A stretch of DNA of 64,000 nucleotides from a virus. The position numbers were made by a program, and so were the translations under genes. Of the stretch, positions 35,585 to 45,492 are shown piece by piece (the first letter of the stretch is position 1; each line of letters starts with the position of its first letter). A model generated the notes under the pieces. That model saw only the letters and a list, made by a program, of their open reading frames with translations. It was not told the origin of the DNA and searched no databases. The DNA is taken from IMG/VR virus record IMGVR_UViG_3300031950_000001, positions 32,001-96,000 of that record; one strand, 5' to 3'.

Positions 35585-36058
35585 ATGTCTAACGTTTCGG
35601 AAACGACGTCAGTTCCAAAAGATACGGATATCGACGTTATTGAATATCTCAACTGTCTAGCGGCAGGAAGACCGTTTGAGGCTAAGTACACCTTATTTGG
35701 AAATCTTACCGTCATGTTTCGTGAGCTATCGCTTCATGATATCCGGCTTCTCGATGAAGCCGAACAAACCCAAAACATCAACCGCAAGCAAGCGGAGGTC
35801 TTTGCCGCAATATCGCGGTTTGAAAATCAACTTCAAAATAAGACTCACCTTTTTAAACCCGTCTCCGAGCTTGCCAGATCGACACAGAACGTCGTGTCCC
35901 ATCTTGTACGATGGTTTTGCGACAATATCGCGACCACGACGACCATCTATACCGCGATTGAAAATGTATATGACGACTTCAAGCAACGACTAGAGAAGAT
36001 CGTAAAACGGGCGGCGGATCCGGATTTTTTCGTAAAAACATCGCAGCAAGAGCAATAG
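35585..36058 (+). CDS. Probable tail assembly chaperone (G)
   Basis: V.FRELS motif and a C-terminal DPDFF encoded over the slippery heptamer T TTT TTC (36025-36031). Confidence 0.6.
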   Translation: MSNVSETTSVPKDTDIDVIEYLNCLAAGRPFEAKYTLFGNLTVMFRELSLHDIRLLDEAEQTQNINRKQAEVFAAISRFENQLQNKTHLFKPVSELARSTQNVVSHLVRWFCDNIATTTTIYTAIENVYDDFKQRLEKIVKRAADPDFFVKTSQQEQ

Positions 36059-36276
36059 TTCTTGCTGCGATGGATAGAATGCCGGTTGCAGTAAAAATTG
36101 CTTACTATTGTGTTCATGAGGCTGAACAGGCGGTTTTGATGTCGGCGCTGTTGAGCATTCTGTCGGCGCTTGACACCAGTAAGGCATCCAGTGCTGCGAG
36201 TGCGTTTAACTTTTTGTATGATTTCAATCAAATAGCGGCAATGATTTTACAAAGGCGTCGCGATGAATCCGGATGA
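36031..36276 (+). CDS. Probable -1 frameshift extension of the tail chaperone (GT)
   Basis: The -1 frame is open from the slippery site through the ORF at 36070-36276. Confidence 0.5.
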   Translation, partial: RKNIAARAIVLAAMDRMPVAVKIAYYCVHEAEQAVLMSALLSILSALDTSKASSAASAFNFLYDFNQIAAMILQRRRDESG

Positions 36277-36706
36277 CCAACTTACGGAATTTTTAGGAAG
36301 ACTCGGTTCTGTTGTGACGGGGCTTGCCCCTTCCAGCGTGCTGGGGATGTTTGGCCAAAATACGAGTATAGGCGGCCGGTCAGCAAACACGGGCATATCA
36401 TCCAATCCCAGCACGTCTATTCCTTCGAGCGATTTGCCATTGCCACCAGCGCCGAATTTGAACACTGCTGGTTACGCGTCTAATGTTCCATCTCTCGGTT
36501 TGCCGCCAGCACCGAATTTCCCTGAGATACCTGTTCCTAATTTGGACGCTGCTGGTTACGCGTCGAATGTTCCACAGATCAATTTTCTGAGTCCTTATAC
36601 ATCCCCGATGCCCGCGGCTATACAAACACCGAATATTTCTACGACTCCGCCGGCGGATTCATACGCAGGACTGAATTTCGATAATATTACTTTCGAGCGC
36701 GCATGA
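36263..36706 (+). CDS. Pro/Ser-rich protein in the tape-measure position
   Basis: 147 aa with an internal repeat PNL..AGYASNVP. Overlaps both neighbours. Confidence 0.55.
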   Translation: MNPDDQLTEFLGRLGSVVTGLAPSSVLGMFGQNTSIGGRSANTGISSNPSTSIPSSDLPLPPAPNLNTAGYASNVPSLGLPPAPNFPEIPVPNLDAAGYASNVPQINFLSPYTSPMPAAIQTPNISTTPPADSYAGLNFDNITFERA

Positions 36707-37095
36707 CAATCACAGTATTGCCGGTAAAGAACCGTGCTGTTGCCGTCGTAAAGGACGCTGTACCGATTACGGTACAGTTTCATCATACCTTCGGCGGCGC
36801 GGTGAACCGAATAACGATTGCAAGACGAGCAGGTTATCAGGTTCTGCATACGCTAGGCAACATTTTGTTTTATGCGACCTTTGTCGAAAGAGCGTCGGTA
36901 GTCGAAATACAAGGTGCTCTGTACGCTCCATGCAACTCTAGTGGAGGACGACTCTATCCAGAAGGACCGTTGCCTGCGTTAAACGCGATCATGGCAGTGG
37001 GAGGGTTTCGGGGAATATGCGTCGAAACCGCGACGTCGTACGTTGCTGGCCCTGTATCTGCTTTTAGCCTTCGGCTGGTCGGAGTTTATGCCTAG
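36703..37095 (+). CDS. Tube-initiator-like baseplate protein
   Basis: Q.LHTLG...Y..F.ER...VEI.G pattern and ATGA coupling. Confidence 0.5.
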   Translation: MTITVLPVKNRAVAVVKDAVPITVQFHHTFGGAVNRITIARRAGYQVLHTLGNILFYATFVERASVVEIQGALYAPCNSSGGRLYPEGPLPALNAIMAVGGFRGICVETATSYVAGPVSAFSLRLVGVYA

Positions 37096-38569
37096 CCTTG
37101 TTAAGTCGCCTCCTTTTACCGCATATTGCATTATTACGGGCGGCTCCGGCATAGCCGTAGCTCCCGTCGTGAAGATCGACTGTATTTACGCTAAGAATCA
37201 AATCCCGCAAGCGACAATTGTTGTTGCAGGCGGTTATGAGCTACGCAGCATACTAGCAGGTGTTCCGCAGCTAAGTCCAATCGCGTACATGTCGCCGAGG
37301 TTTACTGATTTATATGCGGCGGAAGTAGTTCTTGGCGGCACGACTCTTATAAGCGGTATTATTGTCCATCTTTCGCGAACCGAGACGGGAAGTTCGCTTC
37401 ACTACGAGCTGCATATCAATCATTGGCTTGACTGGCTAAACTATGCTGCGCCGCATTCGGCATATAGCTCGCCCGAAAATCCCGTCTGCCTAACTGGCCA
37501 TCCTTTCAACTTTGCTTTGCCTGCGGGCCAGCTTCCTATTGGAGGCCATCTTGTTTCCGCAATGCGACATTTATATGCGCTTGGCGATTTGTGGGAGGAC
37601 AAGGTCAAACCGTTTTTGATGCAAATTCTTCGTACCAACTTCCTCGAAGACGTAGGATTTTTCCGGCTTCCGGATATACCACAGGCCCGAATGGCGTTGA
37701 GCCGGATTACCTCGTTAGGGTTGCTTCCGACGGGACTTCTTAATATCATTCCAGAGCTTCCCAACGTTATTGCGATGCTGTGTCTTGATCTTCCCAAAAA
37801 ACCGGAAGAAAGCTGGGGAAGTACGTTATGGAAGCGCCTCGTTGAAGCTTTCTGTCCTTACTTTATGCTCGATATCATACCGTGCGTGCATTCGGCGCTT
37901 ATCGTTCCCTCGACACCGACGTGTCCGTATGCGTCATTTCCTATCTTGAGAGAAGAGCAGCTAGCAAATGTCGGGGCGCGGACATTCCAAAAATCCATTA
38001 TGTTTTATGGTTTATATACTCAGGTTCAAAGTATCTATGGGCTTGGTCCCGGCGACGTATCGGCTACTCCTATTGTGGGTGGCGTTGCCAATCCTTGGCC
38101 GGGCACTATTACCTTAAGACGTGCGCCGCCTATTCTTGATTATTTGCTTACACTGGCGCCGTCGGTGGTCTATACAGGAAACGTTTTGTCGATAGGCGAT
38201 CCGCGAGGGCAGTTTCCGATTGCTGCAAATAAAGGCGGTGATCCGGCCACGCTTGCCAACGCGGCCGCATATTCTATGATGATGCGAGAGTTCTTAGAAA
38301 CACGTAAAGCCGTGCTTGTCTGTACGCCGACATACGCATTCCGGGTTGCATCGCCGGGCTCGATTATTTCGTTTGTAGGCCCGTACCTAGGTTCGACGAT
38401 CTGGTATGGTTGTGTAGACGCTGTTAGAATTATGGTAGATTCGGAATCATGCCAAGCACAAATAACATATTCCCTCTCCTATTGTCGGAATGAAGCCGAA
38501 AACGCCGCGTGTCCGGATAGCAGTCCTTTATACGGTACCTATTTTAGTGGAGCACCGTTAATCGCGTAG
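37088..38569 (+). CDS. Probable baseplate hub protein
   Basis: ATG at 37088 with GGAG RBS. N.IP.A.I and PGS.I.F motifs. Position in the tail module. Confidence 0.55.
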   Translation: MPSLVKSPPFTAYCIITGGSGIAVAPVVKIDCIYAKNQIPQATIVVAGGYELRSILAGVPQLSPIAYMSPRFTDLYAAEVVLGGTTLISGIIVHLSRTETGSSLHYELHINHWLDWLNYAAPHSAYSSPENPVCLTGHPFNFALPAGQLPIGGHLVSAMRHLYALGDLWEDKVKPFLMQILRTNFLEDVGFFRLPDIPQARMALSRITSLGLLPTGLLNIIPELPNVIAMLCLDLPKKPEESWGSTLWKRLVEAFCPYFMLDIIPCVHSALIVPSTPTCPYASFPILREEQLANVGARTFQKSIMFYGLYTQVQSIYGLGPGDVSATPIVGGVANPWPGTITLRRAPPILDYLLTLAPSVVYTGNVLSIGDPRGQFPIAANKGGDPATLANAAAYSMMMREFLETRKAVLVCTPTYAFRVASPGSIISFVGPYLGSTIWYGCVDAVRIMVDSESCQAQITYSLSYCRNEAENAACPDSSPLYGTYFSGAPLIA

Positions 38570-38571
38570 CC

Positions 38572-39015
38572 ATGGGATGCGGATGTGGAAAGAAAGCAAA
38601 TCAGCCTAACCAGCCTCCGATGCCAGCGCCGGTACCGCCTGCGCCGGCTGTCGGACATAGACCGTTGTTTCCTCCTCCACCACCCCCACCACCTTTTTTT
38701 CCACGACCGTCATTTCATCCTGTTGTAGGAGCACCGCCTATGAGAGCAGAAGGACGACCCAGTTGTATGGAATGTGTCGAGAAGCACATTGGAGCAGCGA
38801 TGGTTCTAGCAACGGAGCTTCAGCAAGGCTATCCATATCGGGTTCGTATTATAGGTCATTTGCATGAGGCAGAGGAAGAAAGTCTGCAATGGCCTGAGCT
38901 TTCGGCCTGTATTCGAGAAGAAAGGGTCAAATTCCAACAGTCCGGGGGTAAGATTTTGCCCAATTTTGATCGAATCATCGCCATTATGGGCCGATATGCG
39001 GCCGGGACCGCCTAA
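38572..39015 (+). CDS. Hypothetical protein (MGCGCG start, poly-Pro, CxxCxxKH domain)
   Basis: 147-aa ORF coupled to the upstream gene. Confidence 0.7.
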   Translation: MGCGCGKKANQPNQPPMPAPVPPAPAVGHRPLFPPPPPPPPFFPRPSFHPVVGAPPMRAEGRPSCMECVEKHIGAAMVLATELQQGYPYRVRIIGHLHEAEEESLQWPELSACIREERVKFQQSGGKILPNFDRIIAIMGRYAAGTA

Positions 39016-39044
39016 AATTTGATTCCGGAATCAAATTTTAGGCG
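39009..39044. repeat. Dispersed palindrome, longest copy (36-bp perfect)
   Basis: CGCCTAAAATTTGATTCCGGAATCAAATTTTAGGCG. Confidence 0.95.
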
Positions 39045-39117
39045 AATTTGTGGCTTCTGCGGCGTCGAAAGTCGGGTTCGACAGGCCAGTTGTCGTTTTT
39101 TGAGGCATTTAATATTG

Positions 39118-39147
39118 GGGTGGCGTTTGCCACCCTTTTTGTTTTTA
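39118..39147 (+). terminator. Intrinsic terminator
   Basis: GGGTGGC-GTTT-GCCACCC followed by TTTTTGTTTTT. Confidence 0.7.
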
Positions 39148-39192
39148 GTTATGTTTTTTTCGTGTCCCTCTTTTTTAGTTAGGAGGTGTTTC

Positions 39193-40212
39193 ATGGTCGA
39201 CGTAATTCATGCAACGGCGTTTCCATTACGAATTCCCAGGCTCAGACAGATGGGCGACGCCATCGGTATCGAATCCGCCGATCGCCCCATGCAAATTATT
39301 CTTCCGGGTTTGGGTACGGAGAATGTATTTCCTCGTGCTAACCCTTCAAAGCATGGCATGTTTATCATGCCCGATAAATCAGTTATTGAAGTAGCCGACA
39401 AGATTACGTTGTATCGCTCTATGCTGAGGACCGATGAGCTTGAGACCCTATGGTCTAAAAAGACGCGTGCCTATGCCGTGGCCGTAGGAAAAGTGTTTAT
39501 TGCGGCTCTGTATCCGTCACGGATATCTATTTTAGATATGACAGGGAAGGAAGTTGATCGTATTAAGTTTAGCGCCAACGCGATTCCTCCGATCTCAAGC
39601 CGTCGGGGCGACACTCTGTGCGCGCTTCCCGCCCACGGTAGCAAAATCGTGTTTGCCTATCGTTCTCGGCGCCCACTGTGTGCCGTTGTCGTGTTTGATA
39701 TGCAGAAACGAGATATTGAAAACATTTATGAGCGCGGTTATATTTCTCCGGACGGGAGGTATCTATTTGAGCAAATAATTACGGACGTTGATCAGGACTT
39801 TCGTTTTAAAGTCATTTCCATCGAGACCGGTGCGGTTGTATTTGAGGACATATTGTCCCGCGATGTCGTCCGGTGTAGCGTTCAGGCCGGTCATATTATT
39901 GCGCAGACCGAGGATGCTGGGATACTTCTTGTCAATTTAGAGACACTTGATACGATCTCAATACCCGCATATGATGTTGCGATTACGAACGATGGGTACG
40001 TCGCAGCTGTTTCGTACAGCGATTGGACATATGGCGAAAGAAATCGTTTCCAGCAGTCGTCAGTGATATATTCGGACGATAAAATCTATCGCCCCGTCTA
40101 TATTTTTAAGCTAAGCGACCTTCCACGCGCTCAGGCGCCATTTATGAATCGTCATATCGTTCTATTTCCGACGGATGCCGTTCAGGCATATTGCGCTGTA
40201 GATGGAGTGTGA
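39193..40212 (+). CDS. Beta-propeller-like protein, paralog family C
   Basis: AGGAGG RBS at 39181 and an ISPDGRYL motif. Clear paralog of 40273. Confidence 0.75.
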   Translation: MVDVIHATAFPLRIPRLRQMGDAIGIESADRPMQIILPGLGTENVFPRANPSKHGMFIMPDKSVIEVADKITLYRSMLRTDELETLWSKKTRAYAVAVGKVFIAALYPSRISILDMTGKEVDRIKFSANAIPPISSRRGDTLCALPAHGSKIVFAYRSRRPLCAVVVFDMQKRDIENIYERGYISPDGRYLFEQIITDVDQDFRFKVISIETGAVVFEDILSRDVVRCSVQAGHIIAQTEDAGILLVNLETLDTISIPAYDVAITNDGYVAAVSYSDWTYGERNRFQQSSVIYSDDKIYRPVYIFKLSDLPRAQAPFMNRHIVLFPTDAVQAYCAVDGV

Positions 40213-40272
40213 CCGCATAACGTAACCAATGGGCGCATGTTGCGTGAACGTTTTTAAGTTCGGAGGTGGTCC

Positions 40273-41304
40273 GTGACCCGCGTAATTCCGACAATTGTAC
40301 TTTCGTCCTTTTTAAATCCTAAGCTCCACCAGATGGGTGATGCTATAGGTATCAAATCGGATAATCGTGTCCTGGATATCCTTCTTCCGGGTTTGGATGA
40401 AGAAGACCTGCTGTGTGTTAGTCGGTATTCAGGGCCGCGTTCCGTATTTATCATGGATGATAAAGCGATTATTGGCGTGAGTGACCATTCTAGTGTTTCC
40501 CGCTATGTGCGAAAGAATGACGATTTTAGTGTCGTATGGGCCAAAAATCTACGTGCCTATACGGTGGCGGTAGGAAAAACGTTTATTGCCGCGCTGTATC
40601 CGTCTCGTGTATCGATTCTCAATCTGGAGGGTAAGGAAGTGGACAGCATTAAGTTTGCTCCTCGTACGATTCCTCGAATCATGTACGACCTAGAAGCCGG
40701 TCCGCGCGTGCTCCCCGTACACGGGAGTAAAATTGTATTTGCTTATTATTCTGCGAAAGCGCTGGACACCGCTGTTGTGGTGTTTGACATGCAAAAACGG
40801 GATATTGAGAACATTTATGAAGACCGCTGGATCTCTTCGGACGGTAAATATCTCGTTCAACAAACGATTGTCGATCGCGTGCAGAATATCCATCGTATTA
40901 CGATTGTTTCCGTTGAGACAGGAACGGTTGTATTTGATGATCTATTGCCAGACGAATTAGGCCTAACCGACATTCAGGCAGGTTACATGATCCTGAATGT
41001 CGCGTATCGCGGTGATACGCCGTATCTGTGGACGATTCTTATTAATTTAGATACCCTTGACGTAACCTCAATTCCGACCGATGAGGTGACTATTACGAAC
41101 AACGGGTACGTTGCGATTGTTCCCGATTCTAACCGGCAGTACGACGAGGAGAAGGGCTGCTGGTATACCGAGAATATTTATGACGTGGTTCATATTTTTA
41201 AACTAAGCGATATTCCACGTGCTCCGGCGACAGATATGAATGGTCATACCATTCTACTTCCGACGAATGAAATTCAGGCGTGTTGTGTTACGGATGGAGT
41301 GTGA
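40273..41304 (+). CDS. Beta-propeller-like protein, paralog family C
   Basis: GGAGG RBS. Shares QMGDAIGI, FIAALYPSR and VVFDMQKRDIENIYE with 39193. Confidence 0.75.
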   Translation: MTRVIPTIVLSSFLNPKLHQMGDAIGIKSDNRVLDILLPGLDEEDLLCVSRYSGPRSVFIMDDKAIIGVSDHSSVSRYVRKNDDFSVVWAKNLRAYTVAVGKTFIAALYPSRVSILNLEGKEVDSIKFAPRTIPRIMYDLEAGPRVLPVHGSKIVFAYYSAKALDTAVVVFDMQKRDIENIYEDRWISSDGKYLVQQTIVDRVQNIHRITIVSVETGTVVFDDLLPDELGLTDIQAGYMILNVAYRGDTPYLWTILINLDTLDVTSIPTDEVTITNNGYVAIVPDSNRQYDEEKGCWYTENIYDVVHIFKLSDIPRAPATDMNGHTILLPTNEIQACCVTDGV

Positions 41305-41306
41305 CT

Positions 41307-42323
41307 ATGCGTGGTATAACCCATTGTCCTATGTTACATGTGCTTCCGGAGCAAGAAAAGCAAGGAGAGGCAGTCGTGGACAGTATGGACTACCGAGTTT
41401 TTAATTTCGATGGCGAGATATTTGAAGGAAAGGACGGAAACTTATATGCTCTCGTTTATCCCCATGACGCTATTTATAAGCTAAATGGCAACGACTTGGG
41501 TCCGGTACTTTATTGTGGCCCGCAAATGTTTTACAAATCGATGACGAAGACGGGCTATGACTACGCCCTAACTCAATTTCTGTCCCGACGCGGACGCAGG
41601 TTCCGTACATGGAGGGTCTTTCGGATAAGCGAGCAAAAGGAATACACATATACGTTTCCGGCCCGGTATTTCAACGCATTCGGATTTAACGCAGAGCGAA
41701 AAGTACTAGTTGCGTTTCAAGACTCGGTGGGTCACCGCGAAGTAGTCGGCATCGATTTTCGTTCGCGTCCGCGTACGACAAGACGAGTGCTGCTCGCTTT
41801 GTGTTCGATGCCTAACGTCGACCGACTTCTTGTCGCCTACTATGACGCGTCGAGAGTTATTCATATGTACGATCTGATGGAGCACAAGCACGTCTCGACA
41901 ATCGATGTAGGCATGTTTCATATTTATGAAGTATTCACTTACTATCCACTAGCGCCGAACATCGTCATTCTGCTGGGAATGTCGGACCATCGGGCGCTCT
42001 TTATTATTAAAGATCGGTCTATCGTTTTTCAGCTTCCTCTGCTCAATCCGCATGCTGTATATTCGGTCGAAAGTATAGGCAATCGATGTATTATCGGCAT
42101 ATGTTATAGCGCCAATGATAACAGATATATTTACGCGAATTTGGACAACGAGCGATTCTGCATTTTAAGCGACGTCTCCGGAGCCGATTTATTGTGCTCT
42201 GGCGTCGTAGTCCGACTTAAGCCGCATGGTCTTATCATCATTCCGACAGCGGATCTGGAACGAAATCAAGTTGGTTTGATCAGGGCTATGCCGAGCCGAC
42301 AGTCCGCGCTTGCGCTACTGTGA
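41307..42323 (+). CDS. Beta-rich protein, paralog family D
   Basis: Shares FDG.IF.G.DG.LYA, YYP.APNI and YANLD..RFC.L with the next two genes. Confidence 0.75.
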   Translation: MRGITHCPMLHVLPEQEKQGEAVVDSMDYRVFNFDGEIFEGKDGNLYALVYPHDAIYKLNGNDLGPVLYCGPQMFYKSMTKTGYDYALTQFLSRRGRRFRTWRVFRISEQKEYTYTFPARYFNAFGFNAERKVLVAFQDSVGHREVVGIDFRSRPRTTRRVLLALCSMPNVDRLLVAYYDASRVIHMYDLMEHKHVSTIDVGMFHIYEVFTYYPLAPNIVILLGMSDHRALFIIKDRSIVFQLPLLNPHAVYSVESIGNRCIIGICYSANDNRYIYANLDNERFCILSDVSGADLLCSGVVVRLKPHGLIIIPTADLERNQVGLIRAMPSRQSALALL

Positions 42324-42347
42324 CCCGTAGAACAGGAGGATCGTACA

Positions 42348-43406
42348 ATGTGCAGTGTGTCCTGTCCTGATGGACAAAGTGTAACCGCAAGCAACGTAAC
42401 CGATCATATCAAGTTGCATGAACTAGAAGATCGAGAAAGTCAAAAAGAGGCGATCGTGGACGGGAGGTGCTACCCAGTATTTCGTTTTGATGGCCGTATA
42501 TTTGACGGGAAAGACGGTAATTTGTATGCCGTCGTTTATAACCGTCGCGAGATATATAGACTAAATGGCAATAAGTTAGGTTCGGTCGTTTATAAGAGTC
42601 CGCAGTCTCTTGATCTCTATGTGACGAATACGGGTTATGATCACGTCATATATCAACTCACCCCTCGATACAGGCAGACGTACCGGGTATGGAGGATTTT
42701 TCAGCCGAGCAATCAAAAGGAATACCGATATACGCAGTCGTCCCGTTATTCTGCACCATATGGATTTAATGTAGGACGGCAAGCACTTGTCATACACAAT
42801 GATGGGTTTCATAATTGTCGTGAAATGCGCTGTGCCGATTTGAGTTCCCGCCCAATCACAGAATGGCGAACAGCGATCGACGTTAAATCCTCGCCAAACG
42901 TTGATAGGCTTCTCGTTGCCAAATATGACACGCCGAGTCTGATTCATATCCACAATATAATGGGAGGTGAGCGCGTCTCGACGGTCGATCTAGATGGGCT
43001 TCCGATTCATAAGATATTATTCTACTATCCACTAGCACCGAATATTGTCATTCTTCTGGGAATGTCGGACGATTATGCGCTCTTTATTGTGAAAGATCAA
43101 TCTATCGTCTTCCAGCTTCCGATACAAAGTCCAATTTTTACGTACTCGGCCGAAAGCATGGGCAATCGGTGTCTTATCAGTCTATACCATTGGCCCGATC
43201 GTCGCCGATATATTTACGCAAATCTGGATAATGAGCGATTCTGTGTGCTAAGCGGTGCTACAGACGCCTCCTTATTATGCTCGGGTGTCGTAGCCAGACT
43301 TAAGCAACGGGATCTTCTCATTATTCCGACAGCCGATCTGGAACAAAAGCAGTTTGGTTTGATCACGTTTGCGCAGAGTCAACAGTCGGTTCTTGCCTTG
43401 TTGTGA
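42348..43406 (+). CDS. Beta-rich protein, paralog family D
   Basis: AGGAGG RBS and paralogy. Confidence 0.75.
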   Translation: MCSVSCPDGQSVTASNVTDHIKLHELEDRESQKEAIVDGRCYPVFRFDGRIFDGKDGNLYAVVYNRREIYRLNGNKLGSVVYKSPQSLDLYVTNTGYDHVIYQLTPRYRQTYRVWRIFQPSNQKEYRYTQSSRYSAPYGFNVGRQALVIHNDGFHNCREMRCADLSSRPITEWRTAIDVKSSPNVDRLLVAKYDTPSLIHIHNIMGGERVSTVDLDGLPIHKILFYYPLAPNIVILLGMSDDYALFIVKDQSIVFQLPIQSPIFTYSAESMGNRCLISLYHWPDRRRYIYANLDNERFCVLSGATDASLLCSGVVARLKQRDLLIIPTADLEQKQFGLITFAQSQQSVLALL

Positions 43407-43433
43407 TCTAGTTAACAGGAGGAGGAGGGTCCA

Positions 43434-44369
43434 ATGCGGAATAGGTCCTATCACGTTATTAACTTTGACGGTGCTATATTTGAAGGAGGAGATGGTAGAT
43501 TATATGCTGTGCGGTATGGCAGTAGTGATGTGTATCGGATAGATGGTACCAAGCTTCGATGGGCGTTTGCGCTTCCCAAAGGTTGCGTATACGATTCGTA
43601 TGGGTTTGTTGGCTATGACTACGTTCTTGCTCGGGTTCCGGGTAACGATGATAGCGTCGACAAATGGAAGGTTCGCGTCGTAAGTAGCGACCAAGTTTAT
43701 CGGTTTTACCAGCATAACCCTGCGTTCTATGGATTTAATGCAAAACATAAGATACTGCTCGTAAACCGCTCTCCCGATCGTATTGACTATACCAACCTTC
43801 AGACGATGGAGATATCCGCCACAACGCTTGATCAAATGGCTCAGATCAACGTAGATAAGCTTTTGATCGCCAATTACCGTGACGGGATAATTCAAACGCG
43901 TTATTTGACCGCGCCCGATGATATTGTTTCGACCGTCGATATCGCAGGGCTACATCTATGCGAGCCGGTCTTTTACTATCCTATCGCGCCAAATATTATT
44001 GCTCTATTGGGATGGGCACATGACAACGACGAAAATCGGCTATTTATCGTACGAAATGATCGCGTTGTGTTCCAGATGCCGATGATTGATGTTATAGGCG
44101 CAGAGAGCATGGAAAAGCGATTCCTTATTTACGGACGCCTACCGAAGAACCGCCGACCTAGCTCGGTCATTCTATACGGAAATCTTGATACGAATCGGTT
44201 CTGTATCTTGCCTAATATTTTTGACGCGAAGCTGATTAGTTATGGAATTGTTGTTGAGCCGCGAAGTATGTCTGGATATTGTATTGTGCCGTCCAAGCAC
44301 TTAGAGCACAAAACGCTTAATATTATGAAATTTAATCCGTGCGATTCATCGGCGCTAGTTGCTGTATGA
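43434..44369 (+). CDS. Beta-rich protein, paralog family D
   Basis: GGAGGAGG RBS and paralogy. Confidence 0.75.
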   Translation: MRNRSYHVINFDGAIFEGGDGRLYAVRYGSSDVYRIDGTKLRWAFALPKGCVYDSYGFVGYDYVLARVPGNDDSVDKWKVRVVSSDQVYRFYQHNPAFYGFNAKHKILLVNRSPDRIDYTNLQTMEISATTLDQMAQINVDKLLIANYRDGIIQTRYLTAPDDIVSTVDIAGLHLCEPVFYYPIAPNIIALLGWAHDNDENRLFIVRNDRVVFQMPMIDVIGAESMEKRFLIYGRLPKNRRPSSVILYGNLDTNRFCILPNIFDAKLISYGIVVEPRSMSGYCIVPSKHLEHKTLNIMKFNPCDSSALVAV

Positions 44370-44412
44370 GACCGGATAGTCTTTTTCTGGCGTAAAAGGA
44401 GGGATTTGCAGA

Positions 44413-45492
44413 ATGCTAGCGTTGGCCTCCGCAGACTGGCATATCGGAGACACGATAAAAGGCTTTATGCCATACGAACTCAAAGAGGATATTGATACCA
44501 TTCTCGACCTTATTCTAAAAGAAGTTGAACGGCTATCCCCTAAATGCTTTATTCTGGCTGGCGATATTTTCGACACCAAAACCGTCGGGGGCGAATCCTT
44601 AGCAAAATGCTCCCGGTTCATTAAACGCTGCCGGGACGTCGGCTGTACTGTGCTTTTTGTCCAAGGCCAGCATGATCTTAATACGGTTCCCATTCTGTCT
44701 ACATACGGCTACGACAACGTCGTTTATCTCAACGGAAAACTGCAGTGGTTTTCGCCTGACGGTAATCTACGGATTGCAGGTATGGATTTTGCCTACAAGC
44801 CTTTACGGGCTATCTCCTGTGATCTCTTAGTGACGCATCAAAACTGGAAACGGCCAGGATGGCCTTTCGGTATCCAAGAGCCTATTCCAGCCCTTTTAAA
44901 GAAGAAGCTGGTTGTTTCCGGTGATTGGCACGAGCATACGGTATTTCATTTGGGTTCCGATCTGCCTGCTGTCCTTTCTCCAGGACCGCTTCTGCCACAA
45001 CGACTAACGGAACCAAAAACATGCGCCATCTGGGCTATCGAGGATGATCTTTCCTATCGAAGCATTATCATCCCTACCAGGAAGTGGTTTGAATACACCA
45101 TAATGGGTGACGACGAATTAGACAAAGCGGTATCCGAAGTCAATGGTTTTCGGTGCGATCCTACCATTCCAGAAAGATTCGTAAAACCAGTATGCGTCTT
45201 GCGTTATCCTGCCGATTTCCATAATCAGGTGCTAAAAGCCGAAGAAAGCATGAACGCCATTTGTATTCATGTTTTGCTGACTAGCCCTAAAGAAAGGGGA
45301 CCTGTGGAAAAACTCACGTCCAGCCAGTTCGATATTCGACAGATTTTACGGCGTCTCTACGCAGACGATCCGAAACTAGCGGATATCGAACGTATTCTTA
45401 TGGCTTCAAGTCCATCGGCAGTAAAAGAGATTATTCGGGACATTCTGGGAGAACCAAAGAACCACGTCAACGGAGGGAAGGTTGAGTCATGA
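44413..45492 (+). CDS. SbcD/Mre11-like metallophosphoesterase nuclease
   Basis: ADWH, GDIFD, GQHD, THQ and GDWH motifs. Coupled to an SMC-type ATPase. Confidence 0.85.
   Translation: MLALASADWHIGDTIKGFMPYELKEDIDTILDLILKEVERLSPKCFILAGDIFDTKTVGGESLAKCSRFIKRCRDVGCTVLFVQGQHDLNTVPILSTYGYDNVVYLNGKLQWFSPDGNLRIAGMDFAYKPLRAISCDLLVTHQNWKRPGWPFGIQEPIPALLKKKLVVSGDWHEHTVFHLGSDLPAVLSPGPLLPQRLTEPKTCAIWAIEDDLSYRSIIIPTRKWFEYTIMGDDELDKAVSEVNGFRCDPTIPERFVKPVCVLRYPADFHNQVLKAEESMNAICIHVLLTSPKERGPVEKLTSSQFDIRQILRRLYADDPKLADIERILMASSPSAVKEIIRDILGEPKNHVNGGKVES

Noticed and set aside
39019-39192. Recurring MIPESNF... ORF starts (39019, 47499, 56339 and minus-strand equivalents) as a third leader family
   Set aside because: They are artefacts of TTG within the DNA palindrome. 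The real starts with RBS lie downstream.
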